From Oscillospiraceae bacterium (GTDB lineage Bacteria > Bacillota > Clostridia > UBA1381): a DNA stretch of 59,080 nt. Below the pieces are notes generated by a model. That model saw nothing but the letters and a program-made list of their open reading frames with translations. It had not been told where the DNA came from and did no database searches. Position numbers and translations under genes: made by a program. Of the stretch, positions 46,927-57,046 are shown in pieces. Numbering within the stretch: position 1 is the first letter of the stretch; each line of letters begins with the position of its first letter. The stretch is from the NCBI GenBank assembly GCA_015068545.1, contig SVKH01000001.1, positions 1 through 59,080 of the forward strand, written 5' to 3'.

Positions 46927-47573
46927 AAGATTTAGATACACGGTTATATTTTATAACCGATAGCTCCGATTTCTCAGAGGAAGAATTTTTGTATCGTGTA
47001 GAGGAAGGCATATTAGGAGGTGCAACAATACTTCAACTTCGTGAAAAGGAAAAAACTACAAGAGAATACATAGATATTGCAAGTAAAGTTCATAAGATAA
47101 CAAAAAAGTACAATGTTCCCCTTATTATAGATGACAGAGTGGATGTGGCACTTGCAATAGACGCGGAGGGAGTCCATGTGGGAAAATGTGATATGCCTGT
47201 TTCTATGGCAAGAAAACTGATGGGCGAAGATAAAATCATTGGAGCAACTGCGAAAACTGTCCCTCAGGCAAAAGAGGCATATTCCATGGGAGCCGACTAT
47301 TTAGGAGTTGGTGCGATTTATCCTACAACAACCAAGGTTAAGACTGTGCTGACCTCTGTTGAAACATTAAGGGAAATTTGCGGTAGTGTTCCTATTCCGG
47401 TTAATGCTATTGGAGGACTGAATAAAGATAACATAGATATTTTAAAAGGGATTCCTATTGCCGGTATTTGCGTGGTATCTGCTATTATGAAAGCGGAAAA
47501 TCCGCAAAAAGCTACTGCCCGGATTATTGAAAGGATAAAGGAGCTGGAAATGTGGAAGGATGTAAAGAGATGA
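46923..47573 (+). CDS. thiE: thiamine-phosphate synthase
   Basis: It has LYFITD... and LQLREK motifs and spans 216 aa. Confidence 0.9.
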   Translation: MKDLDTRLYFITDSSDFSEEEFLYRVEEGILGGATILQLREKEKTTREYIDIASKVHKITKKYNVPLIIDDRVDVALAIDAEGVHVGKCDMPVSMARKLMGEDKIIGATAKTVPQAKEAYSMGADYLGVGAIYPTTTKVKTVLTSVETLREICGSVPIPVNAIGGLNKDNIDILKGIPIAGICVVSAIMKAENPQKATARIIERIKELEMWKDVKR

Positions 47574-48349
47574 AAAAAGCATTGACTATTGCAGGCAGTG
47601 ATTCAAGTGGTGGAGCAGGCATTCAGGCAGATATAAAAACCATGACCATGAACGGTGTATATGCCATGAGCGTAATTACAGCACTGACTGCCCAGAATAC
47701 TCTTGGAGTAAGGGCGATTTTAGATACTACTCCGGAGTTTTTAAAAGAACAGCTTGACGCGGTATTTGAAGACATATTTCCGGATAGTGTAAAAGTCGGA
47801 ATGGTGTCATCGAAGGAGCTGATAGAGGTAATAGCAGATAGGCTGGTGTATTATGATGCCAAGAATATTGTTGTAGATCCTGTAATGGTAGCTACAAGCG
47901 GTTCTGCCTTAATAAAAACCGAAGCCGTAAAAACTTTGACCTCAAGGCTGCTACCCATAGCCACGTTGGTAACTCCAAACATTCCCGAAGCAGAAATCCT
48001 GTCCGGTGAGAGAATTTATTCTAAAAATGACATGATAAAAGTGGCAAAGTGCATAGGAGATAGGTATGGGTGCAGTACTCTTTTAAAAGGAGGCCATAGC
48101 GTTAATGACGCAAATGACCTTTTATATGAAAAGGGAGAAATAATATGGTTTGAAGGAAAGCGGATAGAAAATCCTAATACTCATGGAACTGGCTGTACTT
48201 TATCCTCTGCAATTGCGTCAAATCTGGCAAAGGGACTGAGCCTTGCAGAATCGGTAAAAATCGCAAAGGAATACATAACACAAGCTCTTGCGTATGGTCT
48301 TGACCTCGGCAGAGGTTCAGGGCCTATAAATCATGCCTTTAGTTTGTGA
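47570..48349 (+). CDS. thiD: bifunctional hydroxymethylpyrimidine / phosphomethylpyrimidine kinase
   Basis: ALTIAGSDSSGGAGIQADIKT is the typical ThiD N-terminus. An ATGA overlap links it to thiE. Confidence 0.9.
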   Translation: MKKALTIAGSDSSGGAGIQADIKTMTMNGVYAMSVITALTAQNTLGVRAILDTTPEFLKEQLDAVFEDIFPDSVKVGMVSSKELIEVIADRLVYYDAKNIVVDPVMVATSGSALIKTEAVKTLTSRLLPIATLVTPNIPEAEILSGERIYSKNDMIKVAKCIGDRYGCSTLLKGGHSVNDANDLLYEKGEIIWFEGKRIENPNTHGTGCTLSSAIASNLAKGLSLAESVKIAKEYITQALAYGLDLGRGSGPINHAFSL

Positions 48350-48463
48350 TAGGGTATGCTCTAAAGAACATTTAAGGGGCTATGTATCTAAAAAGAGGGA
48401 AATGTCATAAGGACTCACATTTTAACTGCATCAATTAGTACTGTATGTGCTAAGTTGGTGCAG

Positions 48464-48629
48464 TTATTTTTTGCTTTATAGGAAACTGCGTTCCCATAAA
48501 GCAAAAAATAATTATACTGCCGTGCAATTTTTTTTGAAAAGCTTTAGCTTTTCAAAAATGCACATGGCATAAGAAAAGCAAAGTTGCTTCGACCTTCCGC
48601 CGTAGGCGGTGCAGCGAAGCTGCTTTTCT
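48464..48629. repeat. three consecutive long palindromes/hairpins in the thiD-sdpR spacer
   Basis: The first is at 48464-48511, with 16-bp perfect arms ttattttttgctttat / ataaagcaaaaaataa. The second is at 48522-48563, with a 12-bp perfect core tttttgaaaagc / gcttttcaaaaa plus gtgca/tgcac. The third is at 48572-48629, a three-segment stem of agaaaagca, gcttcg and ccgcc. Confidence 0.8.
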
Positions 48630-48661
48630 CATTAAACAGTTGATAGCGTACTATTTATTAT

Positions 48662-48741
48662 CTATTTAGAAAAAAATCTAAATAGGTATTGACAATAAAT
48701 ATGTTAAAGTGTATAATCTATTTAGAAATATTTCTAAATAG
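48662..48741 (+). promoter_or_regulatory. promoter bracketed by two copies of an operator palindrome (probable SdpR/ArsR autoregulation site)
   Basis: CTATTTAGA-n6-TCTAAATAG occurs at 48662-48685 and again at 48718-48741. TTGACA (48689-48694), a 17-nt spacer and TATAAT (48712-48717) lie between the two copies. Confidence 0.7.
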
Positions 48742-48767
48742 ATTGCGAAGGAGTGATGCAAGTGGGG

Positions 48768-49028
48768 ATGAATGAAACTTTAAAGGCTATATCTGATCCG
48801 GTAAGGCGAGATATACTGTCTATGCTGAAAAATGGCAAAAAATCAGCAGGGGAGATAGGTGAGCAATTTAACCTAACAGGAGCAACAGTTTCCTACCACC
48901 TGTCAAAACTAAAAAAGGCTGACCTTATTGCTGAGCGAAAGTACAAGAATTTTATATATTACGAGCTGAATACTTCTGTGTTTGAAGATGTGCTTACATG
49001 GATTTATGCTTTAGGAGGGAATGATTGA
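48768..49028 (+). CDS. sdpR: ArsR-family autorepressor, SdpR-like
   Basis: LKAISDPVRRDILSMLKNGKKSAGEIGEQFNLTGATVSYHLSKLKKADLI is a winged-HTH ArsR signature. The start is ambiguous (GTG 48753/48762 or ATG 48756/48768). Confidence 0.8.
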   Translation: MNETLKAISDPVRRDILSMLKNGKKSAGEIGEQFNLTGATVSYHLSKLKKADLIAERKYKNFIYYELNTSVFEDVLTWIYALGGND

Positions 49029-49642
49029 TGAAATTTTTTAAATGGAAAATATTTTTAATTACCGCTGTTGTGTGTCTGCTGCCTATATTACTTGGAGTAT
49101 CACTTTGGAGTAGGCTTCCCGACGCTATGGCAATTCATTTTAATGTTTACGGCGAAGCGGATAACTTTGCTTCTAAGGGGTTCGTGGTGTTTGTGCTTCC
49201 GGTTTTGATGGTGGTGCTTCAGGGCTTCTGCTGTTTTATAAATGATATAAATGCAGAAAAAAACGGAGAGAGAAAAAAGCTTGAGAGGGTAACAAAGTGG
49301 ATTATTCCGGTTATGACTATGATTTTGCAGGTAGTGACGTTGGGCTACGGACTGGGATGGAATTTAGATATTAGGAGAATAGTAACCTTTATTGTTGGTT
49401 CTATTTTTCTTGTAATAGGTAATTATATGCCAAAGTTTGATTATATTAAGAATTTCGATGTTGATACCGAAAAGGTAAGAAAAATCAATAGATTTATAGG
49501 ATACGAAACAATCTGTATGGGACTAGTATTTTTCATTAGCTTGTTTCTGCCGCCAATCAGCACAGTTATCTGCCTTATTCTGCTGATACCGTACAGTATA
49601 GTAGGTGCCGTCTACGGAATAATTACAGCCAGAAAGCAGTAG
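49025..49642 (+). CDS. sdpI: SdpI/YhfL-family membrane protein (DUF1648 plus SdpI immunity-type)
   Basis: It has multiple TM helices and the N-terminal motif LPDAMAIHFN. It overlaps the sdpR-like stop. Confidence 0.7.
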   Translation: MMKFFKWKIFLITAVVCLLPILLGVSLWSRLPDAMAIHFNVYGEADNFASKGFVVFVLPVLMVVLQGFCCFINDINAEKNGERKKLERVTKWIIPVMTMILQVVTLGYGLGWNLDIRRIVTFIVGSIFLVIGNYMPKFDYIKNFDVDTEKVRKINRFIGYETICMGLVFFISLFLPPISTVICLILLIPYSIVGAVYGIITARKQ

Positions 49643-49877
49643 ATTATGTATTTTTAAGGGATGTTGTTTTTTAGATAACATCCTTTTTTTATGCAAATTA
49701 CTACTTTTGTTTTGTGATTTTCGGAATAACTAAATTGTGTTCCTATGCCCGCAGGTGTAGATGTATGTCTTAATTTGTAAATTATCTGTTAAAATTATTG
49801 CAAGATATTCCGTAATGTGATATAATTCTCTAATAAGTACAAGATTTTGCGGTTTGATTTATCGGAGGGATAGATAC

Positions 49878-50507
49878 ATGGAAGTATATGGCGAAAAGCC
49901 AAAGCTGTTTACAAAGGAATGGTGGGATAATTATTTCTACTATTACAAGGTTCATACCATAGTAGCCATAGTGGCTTGTTTTGTCATTGGGTACATCGTT
50001 TATACCGATCTTAACGCAACAAAATACGATTTATCCATAGACTATATTGCAGAAATGGGAATTACTACCGAGCAATGTGAGCTGATTGAACAGCTTGCTG
50101 CGGAAAATATTGACGATGTAACGGGTAATGAAATTTGTGATGCTTATGTGATGATGCTGAATATGGGAGAATCAAATGATATTCAGTATGCGCAGGCTAT
50201 GCAGGTGAAATTCATGACGGAGCAGGCATATTCCGAAGCTTTCGTCTTCATTATGTCCAAGCAGTATGCGGATATGATGTGCGAAAGCGGAATGTTTGAG
50301 GAAGCTTCCGTTTGGAGTGGAGCAGATGAAGAAGGAGAATGTGTAAGCTTGGTAGGTTGCAAAGCTTTTGAAGGCTCCGGCATACCTGTTGACGACCTAT
50401 ATCTGGCTGTTAGAAAGCTACGAGAAGAAGAAACAGATGACGAAGAACAAATTGCAAAGTACGAAAACGGTAAGAAATTTGCAAAGTATTTGATTGATGA
50501 GAGGTGA
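49878..50507 (+). CDS. membrane-anchored hypothetical protein upstream of the sigma factor
   Basis: SD ggaggga lies before ATG 49878. It has a single TM (VHTIVAIVACFVIGYIVY) and an acidic C-terminus. No family was recognised. Confidence 0.55.
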   Translation: MEVYGEKPKLFTKEWWDNYFYYYKVHTIVAIVACFVIGYIVYTDLNATKYDLSIDYIAEMGITTEQCELIEQLAAENIDDVTGNEICDAYVMMLNMGESNDIQYAQAMQVKFMTEQAYSEAFVFIMSKQYADMMCESGMFEEASVWSGADEEGECVSLVGCKAFEGSGIPVDDLYLAVRKLREEETDDEEQIAKYENGKKFAKYLIDER

Positions 50508-51225
50508 GACTGTGACAGCAGAAATGGAGCTGTTTACACAGTATATAGAAACCGGTGACAAAAAAATTCGCGATGAGTTGGTGAATAACTACACATACAT
50601 AGCCAAGATTCTGGCTCACCGATTTAACGGATGTGGAGTAGAGTTCGAAGATATTTATCAGGTTGCCTGTATGGGTATTATCCTTGCGGTGGAAAGATTC
50701 AATCCAAACAGAGGAGTGCAGTTTGCTACCTTCGCAACGCCTACGGTACTAGGGGAAATTCGCAGATTTTTGCGCGATAAAGCTAAGTGCATCAAGGTAC
50801 CGCGCAAAATGTACGAAATCTTCTGCAAGGCGGAAAACCTTAGGAAACAGTCGGAAAATGTATCCATGGAGGAGCTTGCAAGGCTTTTGGATATGCCGGT
50901 GGAAACTATTCATGAGGCATATAAGGCGGGAGATTCCGCTTTTATAAAGTCATTGGAGGACGAAGCATACACAGATGGTGGACTTAGTCTTGCCAATATG
51001 GTAGGTGTTGACGAGGATGGATTCACATTGGTGGAAAATGCGGATTTTGTAAACTACTGTATGTCAAAACTGGACGAAAAGGAGATAAAACTAATCCGCG
51101 CCAGATTTTATGACGAAAAACCCCAAAGTGCCATTGCGGGAGAATGGGGAGTTTCGCAGATGTATATATCACGTCTGGAGAAAAAAGTGATAGAAAAATT
51201 AAAAAGAATATATTTGAATGATTAA
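50494..51225 (+). CDS. sigma-70 family RNA polymerase sigma factor (SigB/F/G-type)
   Basis: It has region 2 (DIYQVACMGIILAVERFNP...FATFATPTVLGEIRRFLRD) and a region 4 HTH (QSAIAGEWGVSQMYISRLEKK). The start is uncertain (GTG 50512 or ATG 50524 are also possible). Confidence 0.85.
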   Translation: MMRGETVTAEMELFTQYIETGDKKIRDELVNNYTYIAKILAHRFNGCGVEFEDIYQVACMGIILAVERFNPNRGVQFATFATPTVLGEIRRFLRDKAKCIKVPRKMYEIFCKAENLRKQSENVSMEELARLLDMPVETIHEAYKAGDSAFIKSLEDEAYTDGGLSLANMVGVDEDGFTLVENADFVNYCMSKLDEKEIKLIRARFYDEKPQSAIAGEWGVSQMYISRLEKKVIEKLKRIYLND

Positions 51226-51228
51226 AAA

Positions 51229-51308
51229 AGGGGAGCTTGATAACAGGCTGAGAGGAGATTGGTTTATCTCGACCCTAAAACCTGATATGGATAATGCCAG
51301 CGTAGGGA
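51229..51308 (+). promoter_or_regulatory. TPP (THI-box) riboswitch aptamer
   Basis: It contains ggggagc...caggCTGAGAggagattggtttatctcgACCCtaaaACCTGATaTGGATAATGCCAGCGTAGGGA. A terminator hairpin lies at about 51327-51358. Confidence 0.9.
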
Positions 51309-51407
51309 TTTTTGATAAGTCATCCTAGGCATATCCGTAAAATCGGATGTGCCTTTTTGTATAGTAATTGATAGCGGGAAATATCTCACCTGAAAGGAAG
51401 TGTATTT

Positions 51408-51920
51408 ATGAGAAAAACAAGAATTATGGCAGAAGTTGCCGTGTCGGTGAGCATGGCGGTTATTTGCAGTTTTATAAAGGTTTGGGAGATGCCTCAGGGA
51501 GGATCGGTTTCTCTTACCATGATACCTATTATATTGGTTTCGCTAAGATGCGGTGCGGCTTGCGGTGTGACGGCAGGTGCGCTCTACGGTGTGATTTCGT
51601 TGATGATTGCAGGGGTGATATATCATCCTATGTCTATACTATTGGACTATGTTCTTGCCTTCGGTGTACTGGGAGTTTCAGGATTTTTCAAAAAGAATGT
51701 GGCAGGAATTGTGTGCGGAACTGTTTTTGGTGTTTTTGGCAGATTTATATGCTCTACCATAAGCGGTGCAACTCTTTTTGCAAGCTATGCACCGGCAGGG
51801 CAAAACCCTTGGATTTATTCTCTTGGGTATCAGGCAACGTATCTTATTCCGGAGCTTATTATTACTCTGATATGTGTTACCCTTTTGTATACAAAAGCAA
51901 GAAGGATTTTTAGTAGATAA
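51408..51920 (+). CDS. thiT: ECF transporter S component ThiT (thiamine)
   Basis: It is 170 aa with six TM helices. It lies immediately behind a TPP riboswitch. The ThiT-like motif WEMPQGGSVSL is present. Confidence 0.8.
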   Translation: MRKTRIMAEVAVSVSMAVICSFIKVWEMPQGGSVSLTMIPIILVSLRCGAACGVTAGALYGVISLMIAGVIYHPMSILLDYVLAFGVLGVSGFFKKNVAGIVCGTVFGVFGRFICSTISGATLFASYAPAGQNPWIYSLGYQATYLIPELIITLICVTLLYTKARRIFSR

Positions 51921-52189
51921 AATGATGTAACAAGGCAGAGTTTTACCGATTTTCTGCAAATTTACAGGCGAAAAAGTCCGTTAGAAATTCTGCAGGTTTT
52001 ATGAAAGGGAGTGGAACCTGACTTGGAATTAGCAGTAATAAATCCGCTGTAAATTAAAGAATCAAATACTACAATCTGAGTAGACGAAAAAACCGCAGGG
52101 AAAAATCTTTTTCCTTGCGGTTTTGTTTAATTAGATTATATAGACATAAAAATATATATGATGAATTTTGGGCTTTTCAATTAACGCTG

Positions 52190-53596
52190 CTATGCCTTTT
52201 CCAAGGTAAATGAGAAGGTGGTTTTATACTGTTCGCCGACCTCCTTTACACTGGTGGCAGTAATCTGCTGTGAATGCAGATTCAGTATGTTTTTTACAAA
52301 TGATAGTCCCAGTCCGGCGCCGGCTCTATCTCTGCCTCTTGATTTGTCACTTTTGTAGAATCTATCGAAAATATGCGGTATGTCTTCTTCGCTTATGCCG
52401 CTTCCGTGATTCACTATATCTACGCAGATTTTCTTGTTTCTTTCGCAAACTTTAATGCCCACAGTTGTGTGTGGATTGCTGAATTTAATTGCGTTTTCCA
52501 GTAGGTTAATTAGTACACGCCGTATAGCATCAGGATCTGCCAACACCATACATGGGTCATTTTCAAACCACACATCAATTTCCAGATTCTTTTCGTCTAT
52601 TTTATGCTCTGCGCTTATTATACAAAGTCTGACAGTTTCGGTAATATTCAGTTCTTTTATAGACAGCTTATATTCCGGAGAGGTCATTTTTGTCATCTCA
52701 AACATCTCATTGGTTAGTCTTGCAAGGCGGTTTGCCTCGTCCAAAACTATCTTCAGATACTCGCGCTCCTTTTCCTTCGGGATAGTGCCATCCAATATTC
52801 CTTCCACAAATCCGGATATAGAAGTCATAGGCGTGCGCAGCTCGTGAGATATGTCGGAAATAAAACTGTTACGCATATCCTCGGTTTGGTTAAGAGTCCT
52901 TGCCATATAATTAAAACTGGAAGCAAGCTGTGCTATTTCGTCTCTGGAATGAATCTCCACATGCTTGTCGTATTTACCTGATGCTATCTCAAGTACCGCT
53001 GTGTTCAGCTCTTTTAGCGGACCGGAAATGTGTCGCGAATCAAAGTACACCAGCCCCATAGCGATTGCCATTGCACATAAAAGAGAAAGGAACACCATAT
53101 AGGAAAAACGTATTATAGTACCCTGCATCATAGATGACGGGAAAAAGTAGAATATTCCGCCTATGACAGCGTCATGGTACTTGATAGGTATTCCTATTAT
53201 ATACTCGCGGGAGTTTTTGTATGATGTTGCCGATGTACGTACAACATTATCCTCCAGTACCGATTGTACATGATCCTTGCTGGGTGGTTTTCTGTCCCCT
53301 GTGGAGGAGAATACGCTGCCGATTGTGTTTATAACGGCTATATCCGCTTCCACCATCAATGACCAAGAGGACAGCATGGTATCGTACATGTTTTTTGCCC
53401 TTGGATCGTCGTTATTAAGGACCATAGAGTTTGTGAGATATTCGATACTTTTTGATGCTTTTTCCGCACTGGAAAATTTCTCGTCAAGAACAAATCGGTT
53501 TAAGAATGCGAACATCGAAGCGGAAACAACAATTACAACAAAGAAGATTATTGCTGTACTGGTCCAGAACAGCCGTTGAAAAATTGATTTAAACAT
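52190..53596 (-). CDS. sensor histidine kinase
   Basis: It has two TM helices, HAMP, the H-box SHELRTPMTSI, and N/G boxes (ENAIKFS, GAGLGLS). Confidence 0.9.
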   Translation of the reverse strand: MFKSIFQRLFWTSTAIIFFVVIVVSASMFAFLNRFVLDEKFSSAEKASKSIEYLTNSMVLNNDDPRAKNMYDTMLSSWSLMVEADIAVINTIGSVFSSTGDRKPPSKDHVQSVLEDNVVRTSATSYKNSREYIIGIPIKYHDAVIGGIFYFFPSSMMQGTIIRFSYMVFLSLLCAMAIAMGLVYFDSRHISGPLKELNTAVLEIASGKYDKHVEIHSRDEIAQLASSFNYMARTLNQTEDMRNSFISDISHELRTPMTSISGFVEGILDGTIPKEKEREYLKIVLDEANRLARLTNEMFEMTKMTSPEYKLSIKELNITETVRLCIISAEHKIDEKNLEIDVWFENDPCMVLADPDAIRRVLINLLENAIKFSNPHTTVGIKVCERNKKICVDIVNHGSGISEEDIPHIFDRFYKSDKSRGRDRAGAGLGLSFVKNILNLHSQQITATSVKEVGEQYKTTFSFTLEKA

Positions 53597-53608
53597 AGCT
53601 GTTTCCTC

Positions 53609-54295
53609 TTATTTTTTTATCTCAAATTTGTATCCTACGCCCCAAACTGTTTTTAGCTGCCAGTTTGCATTTATGCCCTCCAGTTTTTCTCTGAGGCGCT
53701 TTACATGCACGTCCACAGTACGGGAATCGCCAAAGTAGTCAAACCCCCATACTTCCTCCAGTAGCTGCTCTCTTGTGTAAACTCTGTTTGGATTTGACGC
53801 CAAAAAGTACAATAGCTCTATTTCCTTTGGCGGGGCATCCACTTGAGCATCGTTTATTTTAAGCTCATAGTTTTCGATATTGATGCAAAGCTTTTCGTAC
53901 GAAACTTCCTTACTGGATGCGGTTTCATGGGCTTCGCTGCGGCGAAGTACAGCCTTTACCCTTGCCAATAGCTCTTTTGCCTCAAATGGCTTTGTCATAT
54001 AATCATCAGCGCCCAGCTCAAGGCCTAAAACCTTGTCGAAGGTGTCGGATTTGGCTGTAAGCATAATGATAGGGGTGTTGGCACTTTTTCGGATTTCGCG
54101 ACATACCTGCCAACCGTCCATACCGGGAAGCATAATGTCTAATATCACAAGCGCTGGTGAATGATGGTTAAAAAGCGATAGCGCTTCATCGCCGTTGTAC
54201 GCACAAATTGTCTTAAAGCCTTCCTTTTCCAGATAAAGGCGGATAAGTTCCACGATGTTTTTTTCATCGTCTACTATAAGTATTTTTGAGTTCAT
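53609..54295 (-). CDS. OmpR-family response regulator
   Basis: It has a receiver domain (KILIVDDEK...ILDIMLPG) and a winged-helix domain (...TVWGVGYKF). Confidence 0.9.
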   Translation of the reverse strand: MNSKILIVDDEKNIVELIRLYLEKEGFKTICAYNGDEALSLFNHHSPALVILDIMLPGMDGWQVCREIRKSANTPIIMLTAKSDTFDKVLGLELGADDYMTKPFEAKELLARVKAVLRRSEAHETASSKEVSYEKLCINIENYELKINDAQVDAPPKEIELLYFLASNPNRVYTREQLLEEVWGFDYFGDSRTVDVHVKRLREKLEGINANWQLKTVWGVGYKFEIKK

Positions 54296-54591
54296 TTTTG
54301 TGCCTCCTTGTTTTATAGTCCCCTTTTAAGCCTATTATATCATATATTTACCAAATAATAAAGACAGTTTTTAAAAAAAGTTAGACCTAGAGAGCTTTTG
54401 ATTTAATCGGATTTGAAATTAGCCGTTTTAGCTTTACTTTCCGAAAAGCTTTCGCTTGTTTTTTTGTTAAAATCACAAAAACGTGAGATGCTAAGTAAAA
54501 GTAAGGTACTGTGGAAGTGATTTGAGCAGATGTGGGATTTGAGGTTTTGGAATTTATAAATGAAGAGGTTTCTATAACGAAGGAGAGTTGT

Positions 54592-55554
54592 ATGTGTACT
54601 GCGGTTTGGATTAAGGAAGGATATTTTGGAAGGAATCTTGATTATGAAGTAGGGTTTGGAGAGAGAATAGTAATAACTCCCAGAAATTTCTCTTTTCAAT
54701 TTGCTGATGGAAATAGTGTGAAAAGCCATTTTGCTATTATTGGTATGGGTGTAGTGGTAGATGGATATCCGCTGTATTTTGACGGTATAAATGAGGAGGG
54801 GTTAGGGATGGCCGGTTTGAGATTTTTCAAAAATGCTATGTATTTTCCAAGTAAAGATGGGCTTAAAAACATACCGTCATTTGAGCTTATTCCTCGCGTT
54901 TTGTCCTGCTGCAAAGATACCTATGAGGCGGAAGAGCTGCTAAAAAACGCGAACATTACCGATAAAGCATTTTCGGAGGATATGCCGCCGGCGCCGCTGC
55001 ATTGGATGCTATCGGACAAAAAAAGAACTATTGTGGCAGAGCAAACAAAGCATGGACTTTTTATTTATGAAAATCCTATGGGAGTTTTGACCAATAATCC
55101 CACGTTCAATGTGCAGATGGAAAGGCTATCAGGATATATGCAGTCATCCTCAGATGAACCGGAGAATAGGTTTTCTAAAAATTACGAAATTATTCCCGAT
55201 AGCCGAGGTATGGGAGGCATAGGCTTGCCGGGAGATTGGTCATCGGGTTCAAGGTTTATAAAGGCGTGTTTTATCAGGGAAAACTCTGTTTTACAAGGGG
55301 GAGAAAAAGACAATGTAAATCACTTTTTTCATATATTGTACTCTGTGTTTCATCAAAGAGGATGCGTTAGAGTAAACGGTAAATATGAGATTACAAGGTA
55401 TTCGTCCTGCTGTAATTTAAATAGGGGGATATACTATTACACCACCTATGATGACAGCACCATAAAGGGAGTGGATATGATGAAGGAAAATCTGGACGGA
55501 TGCAGGCTTTTGGAATATAATTTGCAGAGTGATGGAATAAAAATGCAAAACTAA
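54592..55554 (+). CDS. choloylglycine hydrolase family Ntn-hydrolase (right copy)
   Basis: The start was set at MCTAV (Cys2), with SD gaaggagag upstream. GRNLDYE is present. By eye it aligns colinearly with 16743..17729. Confidence 0.85.
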   Translation: MCTAVWIKEGYFGRNLDYEVGFGERIVITPRNFSFQFADGNSVKSHFAIIGMGVVVDGYPLYFDGINEEGLGMAGLRFFKNAMYFPSKDGLKNIPSFELIPRVLSCCKDTYEAEELLKNANITDKAFSEDMPPAPLHWMLSDKKRTIVAEQTKHGLFIYENPMGVLTNNPTFNVQMERLSGYMQSSSDEPENRFSKNYEIIPDSRGMGGIGLPGDWSSGSRFIKACFIRENSVLQGGEKDNVNHFFHILYSVFHQRGCVRVNGKYEITRYSSCCNLNRGIYYYTTYDDSTIKGVDMMKENLDGCRLLEYNLQSDGIKMQN

Positions 55555-55720
55555 AAATACCGCCTTATTACGAAAATCTCATACTCTTACCGGAATACCG
55601 GTAAAAGCTAGATAAAACGTAATAAGACGGTTATTATTTCATAGGAATTTGAGCTTTCTATGAGATAAAAAATCAATTAAATGCTTGTGCGATTTTTTTG
55701 CAAAGCCGCTTTGTTCTTCA

Positions 55721-57046
55721 TCAGAATGCAACCTTCATAAATAGTGCCACCATGCAAAGTATGATAGCAAACGGCACATATACAAATCTGCCCATATTGT
55801 ACCAAAAATCACCGTGAGGCTTTTTCGTTCCCTTGTTGATTTCGGACATTAGGACGTCCTTTTTCATTATCCAGAACCATGAAATTGCGCCCAGAGTTGC
55901 ACCGATTGGGATGATGTAGATGGAGATAAGATCCATCCATGGACCCCATTGACTGATTGCTTCCATTCCCACACCAACACCAAGACAGATGATGCAAAGC
56001 AGAAGTAGTACAAAATTTCGGCTAAGTTTTGGGAACTTATTTAAAAGTGATTCCGCAACAGCCTCAAACATATTCTGAAGTGAGCTTATTCCTGCAAAAA
56101 TCATAGCCACATACAGTATGATTGCGAAAAGCTGTCCAAGCGGTATATCCTGCAAAATAGTAGGCAGTGTAACAAACAGAAGTGATGGTCCTGCACCTAC
56201 GTCAAGGTCGTAGGAGAAGCATGCCGGAATGATAACCAGTGCCGCAACTATGGCAGCTATTGTATCGAAAATTGCTGTGTTTTTCGATGCGGAAACCACA
56301 TCCTCCGAGTCGGCAAGATATGCTCCGTAAACAATCATACCGCTACCTGTAACAGACAGTGAGAAGAATGCCTGCCCCATAGCCCATATCCATACAAGAG
56401 GATTGGCAAGCTGTTTCCAGTCAGCAGTAAACATAAACTTGTAACCGTTTGCAGAACCGGGTAAAAACATAACACAAACTGCCAAAAATGCGAATATGAT
56501 GAAGAATATCGGCATCATAATCTTATTGGATTTTTCTATGCTTTTTGCTCCCAATAGCAGGGTTAAAAGTGTGCCAACGACAACTACAATGTGGTATGGT
56601 ATAACAGAGTACGACTCAAAGGAAAATCCTTCAAACCACAGCTGCACATCGGTAGTCATAAGGTTGCCTGTTATAGAGCTAACGAGAGCTTTTAATACAT
56701 AAGAAACTATGACTGCGTAGCCTATGGAGATGCATAGTGAACCGATAAGAGGTAGCCATCCTATTAGTCCGCCTGCTTTTTCCAGATTCTTATTTCTTGT
56801 TTTCCACGCGGCATCGTATGCGCCCAGTGTACCTGTTTTTGCCATTCTGCCTATTGCAAACTCTGCAGGCAGAGCTACATAGCCGAAGATGAAAACGAAG
56901 AAAAGGTAAATCAAAAGGAATGCTCCACCGCCATTAGCTCCCAATTTGTTTGGGAATCCCCATACGTTTGCCATTCCGACTGCTGAACCTACCGATGCGA
57001 GAATAAATCCCCATCTGCTGGCAAAGCCTTTTTTTTCGGTATTCAT
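55721..57046 (-). CDS. sodium-dependent transporter, NSS/SNF family (right copy)
   Basis: It is 441 aa, the same length as 15379..16704, and most positions are identical to it by eye. A TTGACA-17-TACAAT promoter lies at about 57240-57268 on the minus strand. Confidence 0.9.
   Translation of the reverse strand: MNTEKKGFASRWGFILASVGSAVGMANVWGFPNKLGANGGGAFLLIYLFFVFIFGYVALPAEFAIGRMAKTGTLGAYDAAWKTRNKNLEKAGGLIGWLPLIGSLCISIGYAVIVSYVLKALVSSITGNLMTTDVQLWFEGFSFESYSVIPYHIVVVVGTLLTLLLGAKSIEKSNKIMMPIFFIIFAFLAVCVMFLPGSANGYKFMFTADWKQLANPLVWIWAMGQAFFSLSVTGSGMIVYGAYLADSEDVVSASKNTAIFDTIAAIVAALVIIPACFSYDLDVGAGPSLLFVTLPTILQDIPLGQLFAIILYVAMIFAGISSLQNMFEAVAESLLNKFPKLSRNFVLLLLCIICLGVGVGMEAISQWGPWMDLISIYIIPIGATLGAISWFWIMKKDVLMSEINKGTKKPHGDFWYNMGRFVYVPFAIILCMVALFMKVAF

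Noticed and set aside
51368-51913. A 181-aa ORF lies in an alternative frame over thiT.
   Set aside because: It is a Cys/Arg-rich unnatural translation that completely overlaps the ThiT frame. The ThiT frame has the proper TM profile and riboswitch context.
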